Source: Bacteroidota bacterium
GTDB taxonomy: Bacteria; Bacteroidota; Bacteroidia; JAADEI01
Assembly: GCA_026992635.1 (NCBI GenBank)
Contig: JALWYU010000040.1
Span: 1,920-65,919, forward strand
Reading direction: 5' to 3'
Length of the DNA: 64,000 nucleotides
The first letter of the stretch is position 1; every line of letters begins with the position of its first letter. Of this stretch, positions 56,620 through 64,000 are shown piece by piece. Both the position numbers and the translations under genes were made by a program. The notes below the pieces were generated by a model. That model did not search any database, had not been told where the DNA came from, and saw nothing but the letters and a program-made list of their open reading frames with translations.

Positions 56620-59441
56620 GCCCGCGAAAAAAACTTCCAGACTGGTTGAAAGATCATTACTCGGGACAGCGCACATCGTCTGGAACACCGGAACGCGTGG
56701 CTTCCCGGGGGTCGGTGTCCGGTGAGCCCGGCTTAACGCCGCTAATGCGCCAGTACCTGGAAATCAAAAAGCAATACCCCGATGCGATTCTGCTTTTTCG
56801 CGTAGGCGATTTCTACGAAACCTTTTACGAAGATGCTGAACGCGTCTCCCAGACTCTGGGACTGACGCTCACACGGCGCAATACAGGGAGTGCCAGTGAA
56901 GTGCCCTTAGCGGGTTTTCCTTACCATGCTTTGGATACATATTTGCCCCGGCTGGTTCGTGCCGGCTTTCGCGTTGCCATTTGCGAGCAGCTGGAAGAGC
57001 CTTCGCCGTCCAAGCGTGTTGTTCGCCGTGGTGTGGTTGAGGTGATTTCACCGGGCACTGCCTATGGTGATCTGGCAGAGGCGCGTGAGCCTGTCTATGT
57101 GGCTGCCCTCTTTCCGAAGGGGAATCAGGAAGACGCTCCTGGCGGACTAGCGTACGTAGACATATCCAGTGGAGAGTTTCGCGTTCTTTCAGATACGCTG
57201 CGCGTGCTTGTGCAGGTCATCGGCAATACAGGCATTCGGGAAGTGCTCTGTCCACGGAGTCTATATCCACGCCTCCAAAAGCAATTTCAGGGACGCCTGC
57301 CACTCTATGCGATTGACGACTGGCGCTACGATGAGGAAGGGGCCCGCGACCTTCTCAAAGACCTGTTCGGTGTAGAAAGCCTGCAGGGTTTGGCTCTGGA
57401 CCGGTATCCGGAGGTGGTTCGGGCAGTAGGTGCACTGCTCAGTTATTTGCGCGACACGGGTCATGTGCCGCAACACCTGCAATTGCCTTCTTTTTTGCAC
57501 CTGAAACAATACATGTGGCTGGACCCCTTTACGATTCGCAATCTGGAAGTGATTGAACCCTTAGTACCGGAAGGTAAGTCGCTCTTTCAGGTGATTGACC
57601 GGTGTCGCACGCCGATGGGTTCACGGCGTTTACGCCAGTGGCTGGTCTTCCCGTTGATTGACCTGGAAGCCATTCAGCGGCGCCAGCGTATCATCCAGTA
57701 CTTTCTAACGCATCCTGAGGTTCGCACTGCGATCCAGGAATCGCTGAAGGATGTTGGCGATATAGAACGGTTGCTGGGCAGAATTGGCTTGAATCGTGCG
57801 CACCCCCGATTGTTTGTTCAGGTTGCCCGGGCATTTCGTCGCGTAGAGCAGATCCTGCACTGTTTGGTGGAAAACAAAGTCCTTCCGATTCCGGGTGAGT
57901 GGCTGGCGGTGGTTCAACGGTTTCACCGGCGTACCCTCCAGTTCTTTGTAGAGGATCCGCCGGCGGATACGACGCAGCCCGGGTACATCGCCTCTGGCGT
58001 GGACGCCCAGCTGGACGCCTATCGCCGGGTTCTGGAAGGGGCACGCGACCGGTTGCTTCGTCTTCAGGAAGAGGAAGCCCGCCGTACGGGTTTGCCGGTC
58101 AAGCTGGGTTACAACCAGGTGTTTGGCTACTATCTGGAAGTCTCACGCACGTACAGTGATCGGGTGCCGGACACCTGGATTCGTAAGCAAACGCTCCGCC
58201 ATGTAGAGCGATTCATCACCCCGGAACTCAAACAACTGGAAGAACAGATTCAGGAAGCCGAAATCAACAGTTTGCAACGTGAAAAGGAGTTGTACGAGGC
58301 GTTTGTCCAGGAGGTGAACACGAAGTTTCTGCCTGTTATCCAGGAGGTTGCACGCGCAGTTGCGGACGTGGATGTGCTCAGTTCACTGGCATCCTTAGCC
58401 TTAGAACGGAAATGGTGCTTACCGCGTTTCGTTCAGGAAAAGGGCATCACAATTCGCGGAGGCAGACATCCCGTCTTAGAAGTTACGCTTCCGGCTGATC
58501 GCCCCTTTGTACCCAATGACCTGCATCTGGATAGCAAACGTGCCCAAATCTGGCTGATTACAGGTCCCAATATGGCGGGCAAATCGGTTTTTCTCCGGCA
58601 AACCGCGTTGATTGTGTTGCTGGCACAGGTGGGTGCGCCGGTTCCTGCCGATGAGGTGCGCCTCAGCCTATTTGACCGGATCTTCTGTCGGGTCGGTGCT
58701 TCCGACAACATTGCCGCGGGGGCATCCACCTTTATGGTGGAAATGGCTGAAACTGCGGTCATCCTTAACAATCTGACCGAACGCGCACTTGTCCTCCTGG
58801 ACGAAATTGGCAGAGGCACCAGTACGTACGATGGCTTAGCCATTGCCTGGGCACTCGTAGAGTATTTGCACGATCACCGGACTCGTCCCTTAGTCCTCTT
58901 TGCTACACATTATCACGAAATCACGGAGCTGGGCAGGAAGCTCCCGCGCTGTCGCAATTACACGACAGAAGTGGAAGAAGCCGATGGCCGCCTCGTATTC
59001 CTTTATCGGATTGTGCCGGGCACGGCTTCGCGCAGCTTTGGCATTGAAGTGGCGGGTATGGCGGGTGTCCCACGTGCCGTTCTGGAACGTGCCCGGCAGC
59101 TCCTGGAATTCTTAGAGCGGAGGAAACGTCCGGGCGATGCCCTGCCGACACGCCGCCTCTATCAACTCCAGCTCTTTGCTGTGCAGGATCCAGCGACAGA
59201 AGCGATTCTCCGCGAGCTCCGAACGCTTAACCTGGACACGCTCCGCCCCATTGAAGCACTCATCAAACTTTACGAATGGAAAACACGGCTGGAGGGGAAC
59301 CTTTCCGCTCCCAAACCTTCTTATGATGTACTGAAAGCGGAGGGGCAAACTGGTGTATCGCGTGGGGATACGAATTCGTCTACTCCACCCGTTTCTTCAT
59401 CGGCATCTTCTTCGGAATCGCCGGAAAAATCCACGGCTTAA
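56616..59441 (+). CDS. mutS: DNA mismatch repair protein MutS
   Basis: TPLMRQYLEIKKQYPDAILLFRVGDFYETF, the Walker A ITGPNMAGKS, LLDEIGRGTSTYDG and FATHYHE are present. The GTG start overlaps the gpmI stop (GTGA). Confidence 0.95.
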   Translation: MSPRKKLPDWLKDHYSGQRTSSGTPERVASRGSVSGEPGLTPLMRQYLEIKKQYPDAILLFRVGDFYETFYEDAERVSQTLGLTLTRRNTGSASEVPLAGFPYHALDTYLPRLVRAGFRVAICEQLEEPSPSKRVVRRGVVEVISPGTAYGDLAEAREPVYVAALFPKGNQEDAPGGLAYVDISSGEFRVLSDTLRVLVQVIGNTGIREVLCPRSLYPRLQKQFQGRLPLYAIDDWRYDEEGARDLLKDLFGVESLQGLALDRYPEVVRAVGALLSYLRDTGHVPQHLQLPSFLHLKQYMWLDPFTIRNLEVIEPLVPEGKSLFQVIDRCRTPMGSRRLRQWLVFPLIDLEAIQRRQRIIQYFLTHPEVRTAIQESLKDVGDIERLLGRIGLNRAHPRLFVQVARAFRRVEQILHCLVENKVLPIPGEWLAVVQRFHRRTLQFFVEDPPADTTQPGYIASGVDAQLDAYRRVLEGARDRLLRLQEEEARRTGLPVKLGYNQVFGYYLEVSRTYSDRVPDTWIRKQTLRHVERFITPELKQLEEQIQEAEINSLQREKELYEAFVQEVNTKFLPVIQEVARAVADVDVLSSLASLALERKWCLPRFVQEKGITIRGGRHPVLEVTLPADRPFVPNDLHLDSKRAQIWLITGPNMAGKSVFLRQTALIVLLAQVGAPVPADEVRLSLFDRIFCRVGASDNIAAGASTFMVEMAETAVILNNLTERALVLLDEIGRGTSTYDGLAIAWALVEYLHDHRTRPLVLFATHYHEITELGRKLPRCRNYTTEVEEADGRLVFLYRIVPGTASRSFGIEVAGMAGVPRAVLERARQLLEFLERRKRPGDALPTRRLYQLQLFAVQDPATEAILRELRTLNLDTLRPIEALIKLYEWKTRLEGNLSAPKPSYDVLKAEGQTGVSRGDTNSSTPPVSSSASSSESPEKSTA

Positions 59442-59491
59442 TTGCAAAACTAAAGGGGAAGTGCATTTGCCAGCCTAAAAAATCTCCATTC

Positions 59492-60022
59492 ATGCAAGGG
59501 CACAGGATTAGAAAGCGACTGCGAGTTAGTGGAGTTTGGCTTTTGATGGCGGGTACACTGGGCTTGTGTGCGGGTATTCTGATAGGGGGGTGTCAGAATT
59601 CGCGTTCGGCACAGGACAGCAGTCAGATACCCTCTTCTGAGGAAGCCGGTTCTTCGGTGCGGGCTCCTTTGACCTCGCTCTCTTCATCCAGGAAAGATAC
59701 TTTGCCGTTGACGAATGTGGAATTTGATCAATATGTCGTGGATTTTGGCACGCTGACCTCTGGAGAGGAATTCACCTATACGTTTCATTTTCGGAATACG
59801 GGCGAAGCCCCCTTGGTAATTCAGGAGGTGCGCACTTCCTGTGGATGTACCGTTCCGGTTTGGCCGCGCAAACCCATTTTGCCGGGTGAGACTGGCGAGC
59901 TGACCGTCGTGTATAACAGTACGGGTCATCAGGGACATATCGTCCGGAAGGTTCTTGTGTATGCGAACGTTCCCAACAGTCCAATTGTATTGCAGTTGCG
60001 TGGCAACGTCAGTGCGCGCTAA
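59492..60022 (+). CDS. DUF1573-domain lipoprotein
   Basis: FDFGTLTSGEEFTYTFHFRNTGEAPLVIQEVRTSCGCTVPVWPRKPILPGETGEL. Confidence 0.8.
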   Translation: MQGHRIRKRLRVSGVWLLMAGTLGLCAGILIGGCQNSRSAQDSSQIPSSEEAGSSVRAPLTSLSSSRKDTLPLTNVEFDQYVVDFGTLTSGEEFTYTFHFRNTGEAPLVIQEVRTSCGCTVPVWPRKPILPGETGELTVVYNSTGHQGHIVRKVLVYANVPNSPIVLQLRGNVSAR

Positions 60023-60072
60023 AGGCTGAATTGGCATCATTTTACACGAATTTCATGCAGAAGGGTGGGTCC

Positions 60073-60531
60073 ATGGGTCGGATCCTCGCCTTAGATGTGG
60101 GGACACGCCGGACAGGCATCGCTGTGACCGATCCAGATGGACGCATTGCCCAGCCCTTCTACACAATTCCAACTGACCGTTTGCTTACCTGGCTCCAGGA
60201 GTTCTGTACTCGCGAACCCGTAGAAACGATTGTACTGGGAAAACCCTTAGATGCTCTGACGGGCGTGCCCACCCCCCTCTGGGAGCATGTTCAGAAGCTG
60301 GGCCAATGGATTGAGCGCACACTGAAGATTCCCGTCGTATACTGGGATGAACGGTTTTCCTCACGATGGGCAAAAGCCCAGATGCGCTATTACGGGCATG
60401 ACGGAGGGCAACGCAAAGGGCATGCCAAAAAGCGGTTGGGGCGCCCAACCAGAGACCCGTACAGTCTGAAAGATCAGCTGGCAGCATGGAACCTTTTAGA
60501 AACCTACCTGCAATGGAAACGGAGTGGCTGA
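60073..60531 (+). CDS. ruvX: Holliday junction resolvase-like RuvX (YqgF)
   Basis: MGRILALDVGTRRTGIAVTD...IVLGKP...DERFSS. Confidence 0.85.
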   Translation: MGRILALDVGTRRTGIAVTDPDGRIAQPFYTIPTDRLLTWLQEFCTREPVETIVLGKPLDALTGVPTPLWEHVQKLGQWIERTLKIPVVYWDERFSSRWAKAQMRYYGHDGGQRKGHAKKRLGRPTRDPYSLKDQLAAWNLLETYLQWKRSG

Positions 60532-61160
60532 CCACGGCAGCGGCGGAAGTACTGCCCATTGTGTTGTATGGTCATCCGGTACTCCGGCAAAAAGCCCGTC
60601 CAATTTCGCGGATTACACCGGCTATCCATCGGCTCATTGCGGCAATGGAAGAGACGTTGAGGCGAGCCGGTGGAATTGGCTTGGCGGCGCCACAGGTGGG
60701 CGTTCCCCTGCGCCTCTTCATCGTGAATACTGTGCCGGCAGGCAACCGAGTGGCGTTACCCAATGACCCGCCCCTCCATCAGGTTGTACTCAATCCTGAA
60801 ATTGTATGGCGCAGTCCAGAAACCAATGAATATGAGGAAGGCTGTCTGAGCATACCCGAAGTGTATGGTGTGGTCCGTCGTCCTGCCCGCGTGCGCCTGC
60901 GTTACTGGACGCCACGGGGCGAAATGCGCGAAGAGGAGTTTACGGGTTTGCCCGCACGCGTCATCCAGCACGAGTATGACCACTTAGAAGGAAAACTGTT
61001 CATAGACTATTTGCCTTCGCTGGTGCGCGTACGCCTGCGAAAAACACTCAAAGCCATTCAGAAGGGTCAGGTTTCGGTTGCGTATGCGGTGAGCCGGTCG
61101 GTACGCCTGCCTGTGTGGGCACAGGATCTGCTCGCTGAAAATCAGTCAAATAATCGTTGA
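60513..61160 (+). CDS. def: peptide deformylase
   Basis: GIGLAAPQVG, EGCLSIP and QHEYDHLEG are the three Def motifs. Confidence 0.9.
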   Translation: METEWLTTAAAEVLPIVLYGHPVLRQKARPISRITPAIHRLIAAMEETLRRAGGIGLAAPQVGVPLRLFIVNTVPAGNRVALPNDPPLHQVVLNPEIVWRSPETNEYEEGCLSIPEVYGVVRRPARVRLRYWTPRGEMREEEFTGLPARVIQHEYDHLEGKLFIDYLPSLVRVRLRKTLKAIQKGQVSVAYAVSRSVRLPVWAQDLLAENQSNNR

Positions 61161-61197
61161 CGGTAAAAAAGACAGCAATTCAATTCTGGCATTCTCC

Positions 61198-61980
61198 ATG
61201 GGGAACACCTTACAGGATGCGCCTCTGGATGTGAAACCTCAACTCTACCTGATTCCCACGCCGGTGGGCAACCTCTCCGACTGGACCTTTCGGGCGGTCC
61301 AGGTCATCCGTGAACAGATCACCATTCTCTTAGCGGAGGACACACGTCGGGCACGCATCCTCTTGCAGCGTTACGACTTAAAGGTTCCGCCAGGTGGCAT
61401 CTATTCCTTTTATCGCGAGAATGAGCATCGGCGCCTTCGCCAGGTCCGCCAATGGCTTCAACAGGGGGAAATTCTGGGGTACATCACCGATGCCGGCATG
61501 CCCGGATTTGCCGATCCGGGCTTTACGCTGATTCGCCTGTGCCTTCAGAAGGGGATTCCCTACACGGTTTTGCCTGGACCCTCTGTGATCTTGCCGGCAT
61601 TGCTTCTTTCGGGCTTTCCGACGGACCACTTTGCCTTTGGCGGATATTTTCCCCGGCGTCATCGCCAGCGTACCATAGCCTGGCTAAAGCAATTTCCGTA
61701 TACGGTGGTGTTTTTTGAAGCGCCCACACGGTTAGCCCGTACCCTGCTCTATCTGTATGAAATGCTGGGGGACCGATGGGTTGCTGTCGTGCGTGAACTG
61801 TCCAAGGTGCACGAAGAGGTTCGTCGGGGCAGGCTCAGTCAATTAGCCAAATACTATCTGGAGCATCCCCCGCGTGGCGAATGCACGTTTGTCCTGGCAC
61901 CGCCTGATTACCAGCCTTTCGCCAATTCGTCGTCGCAGTCCTCTGCCCGGAATGCGTTCCTGGATTCATCTCAGCCATGA
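61198..61980 (+). CDS. rsmI: 16S rRNA (cytidine1402-2'-O)-methyltransferase
   Basis: LYLIPTPVGNLSD...LLAEDTRRARILL...ITDAGMPGFADPG...FFEAPTR. Confidence 0.9.
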   Translation: MGNTLQDAPLDVKPQLYLIPTPVGNLSDWTFRAVQVIREQITILLAEDTRRARILLQRYDLKVPPGGIYSFYRENEHRRLRQVRQWLQQGEILGYITDAGMPGFADPGFTLIRLCLQKGIPYTVLPGPSVILPALLLSGFPTDHFAFGGYFPRRHRQRTIAWLKQFPYTVVFFEAPTRLARTLLYLYEMLGDRWVAVVRELSKVHEEVRRGRLSQLAKYYLEHPPRGECTFVLAPPDYQPFANSSSQSSARNAFLDSSQP

Positions 61981-63737
61981 CGCGTTACCGGTCCCCAGGA
62001 TGGAATCACCAGATTGCACCGTTTCGGTGGAAGACCTGGTACCTGTGGCTCGTAGCCATTATGGGAGGCATATTGATGGCTGTGGGCTGGGTGCCCCGCT
62101 CTGCACCCTTCCTGGTTCTTGTGGGGTTGATGGGTTTTTGGCTGCTCTGGTTCCAGAGCAAGCGTGCGCACCACTGGCTTGCCACCACTTACGTATTCTT
62201 GCTTTTGTGGAATGGGCTGACGACCTTCTGGATTTACAAAGCGACGTTGCCCGGCGCGTTATTTACTGTGGTTGCCAACGCATTGCTTTACTGGTTGGTC
62301 GTTGCTGTATGTGGCTGGTGGGTACGCCAAAACCTCTCTTTGCGTTTGGGGACGTGGTCGGTACTGGTCGGATGGCTCGCTATGGAATGGATTCACTTCC
62401 ACTGGGAATTGCACTGGCCGTGGTTAACGCTGGGCTTTGCCTTAGCACAGACGCCCTGGTTCGTCCAGTGGTATGAATGGACGGGTGTCCAGGGCGGGTC
62501 ATTGTGGCTGCTGGTGTTATCGCTGGTTGGTGTGCAAACGATTCACTGGGAACGGTCTGTGCATTTTCGTGGGCGTGCCGCCTTCTGGTTTGGGTTTTTG
62601 ATTGTGGTGCCTATTGCGATAAGCCTGTTCTTAGGATGGCGTGCGACCCATCTGTGGAAAGAAGGAGGACGTTGTCCGTTGCGCCTTGGCGCGCACATCC
62701 TGCAACCCAATGTAGATCCCTACAGTGAAAAATTTGTTACGCAGGCTGGTGTGCTGAATCGGGAGTTGCTGGCGTTAGCACGGGCATCTTTTCGGTCAGT
62801 GGAAGTGGATTCTGGTTTGCCCCAGCTGATCGTTACGCCTGAGACGGCAGTGCCTATTGGCATCTGGCTTCATAAAATTCAGCAGGATACATTGCTTTTG
62901 CCGTGGAGAGAATGGGCACGTCGCCACCCCTGTCTGCATATCATACTGGGTTTCAATGGCATGCAACGTTACACTCGTGAGACTGTCACGCCCACGGCAC
63001 GTGTCGTCCCCTTAGGTGGCGACACGCTCCGGTATGACGCTTTCAATTCAGCATTGTTGATTGCGCCGGACACCTGGTGGGTCTACCACAAAGCATTACT
63101 CGTCCCGGGCGTGGAAACCCTCCCCTGGCACAAATGGACTGCACCGCTGCTGGGTGATTTGATGCTGGATCTGGGCGGAATCTCGGGAACACTTGGTACG
63201 CCCACGGTATTTCCCCAGTTGCGTCTTAAAGTGAGGTCATGCAGTCAGTCCGGAAATTCACCTGTTCGTTCTTCGGGGCAGGGAAACGAACACGCATTGA
63301 CGATTCTGACAGTAATCTGTTACGAGTCGGTATTTCCCGAATACCTGCGTGATCGGCTGCACGACAGTACTGCACTCATTGCCATTATCACGAATGATGG
63401 CTGGTGGGGGCGAACCGACGGACATCGCCAGCACTTCCACTATGCACGGGTTCAGGCAATCACGTTTCGCAAATGGATCGTTCGCGCCGCCAACACGGGC
63501 ATTTCTGGCGTCATTGACCCACTGGGACAAATCATTGCACGGACCCAATATGACGAACAAACTTTCCTTTATCGGGAAGTACCGCTCTGTCCAGGTAAAA
63601 CCTTTTTTGCGCGTGTGGGCAATGCGATTGGTCGGACCGCCATCTTTCTCTGGGTGCTGTTGCTGGTCCTTACTGGTGTTGCACGGTTGAGTCAGCGTTT
63701 TCGGTGGCATCCCAAGGTTTGGCGCCGGCTGGATTGA
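61977..63737 (+). CDS. lnt: apolipoprotein N-acyltransferase
   Basis: A multi-TM N-terminal half is followed by a CN-hydrolase domain with ICYESVFPE and NDGWWG. The ATGA start overlaps rsmI. Confidence 0.85.
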   Translation: MTRYRSPGWNHQIAPFRWKTWYLWLVAIMGGILMAVGWVPRSAPFLVLVGLMGFWLLWFQSKRAHHWLATTYVFLLLWNGLTTFWIYKATLPGALFTVVANALLYWLVVAVCGWWVRQNLSLRLGTWSVLVGWLAMEWIHFHWELHWPWLTLGFALAQTPWFVQWYEWTGVQGGSLWLLVLSLVGVQTIHWERSVHFRGRAAFWFGFLIVVPIAISLFLGWRATHLWKEGGRCPLRLGAHILQPNVDPYSEKFVTQAGVLNRELLALARASFRSVEVDSGLPQLIVTPETAVPIGIWLHKIQQDTLLLPWREWARRHPCLHIILGFNGMQRYTRETVTPTARVVPLGGDTLRYDAFNSALLIAPDTWWVYHKALLVPGVETLPWHKWTAPLLGDLMLDLGGISGTLGTPTVFPQLRLKVRSCSQSGNSPVRSSGQGNEHALTILTVICYESVFPEYLRDRLHDSTALIAIITNDGWWGRTDGHRQHFHYARVQAITFRKWIVRAANTGISGVIDPLGQIIARTQYDEQTFLYREVPLCPGKTFFARVGNAIGRTAIFLWVLLLVLTGVARLSQRFRWHPKVWRRLD

Positions 63738-63950
63738 GGTGGCGGGGCTTGTTAAGTGTCCACTTATTTGCTTTGAGCGAGCACGTCAGAGTTGCACGAG
63801 CTGTACACCTGCTTGAAATCACTCCCCAAATTTTCGGACTGGAATTTTTTCTGGGAGATTTTGGTTAACTTATCTATGCTAACTTACCATTATCGGCGAG
63901 CAAAAGAACCTGGCAAAATCCTGGAGACATGGCAGGTTTACACTTACTTA

Positions 63951-63976
63951 CACACACACACACACACACACACACA
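63951..63976. repeat. (CA)13 dinucleotide microsatellite in an AT-rich intergenic region
   Basis: Read directly from the sequence: 26 nt of uninterrupted CA. Confidence 0.97.
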
Positions 63977-64000
63977 GCTGACAGGGAATCTGCTAATTAT

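Overview
This window is a 64-kb chromosomal segment of a Bacteroidota-type bacterium. The lineage call rests on T9SS hallmarks: a PorP/SprF gene, type-B (CHU_C) and type-A C-terminal sorting domains, and TTTG/TAnnTTTG promoter motifs. I support about 58 protein genes and 2 tRNAs. They include housekeeping genes (dnaN, polX, rsmG, atpDC, recA, recQ, nusB, lpxK, gcvH, gpmI, mutS, ruvX, def, rsmI, lnt), envelope genes (ExbB/ExbD, Wza/Wzc, Omp85-like barrels), two M1 peptidases and several secreted repeat proteins. All function calls come from by-eye motif recognition; no searches were run. Start codons are often uncertain because the skewed composition removes stop codons and inflates ORFs. Main observations: (1) The strand composition is extremely asymmetric. 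The + strand is very C/A-rich from 1 to about 48 kb and G/T-rich from about 49 kb onward, regardless of gene orientation. This polarity is what a replication origin would produce. (2) At that switch lies a noncoding array of sixteen 22-bp units, giving 33 alternating GTGCC/GGCAC half-sites phased every 11 bp, plus an isolated perfect palindrome. This is an iteron- or centromere-like protein-binding architecture. (3) A low-GC, unskewed 2.3-kb island (34.7-37.1 kb) carries a three-gene module I could not match to a named system: a 3-TM protein, an ABC-type AAA ATPase and a small split ORF. It is a candidate defence-like system. (4) An M1 zinc peptidase is fused to an Omp85-like C-terminal barrel. 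(5) A small lipoprotein-like peptide ends in KCAPGKCQAGKCGGGK and sits near an operon encoding an outer-membrane protein, a periplasmic CbiX-like chelatase, a CopD-like protein and a cytochrome c. (6) A long minus-strand gene at the left edge is missing from the supplied ORF track.
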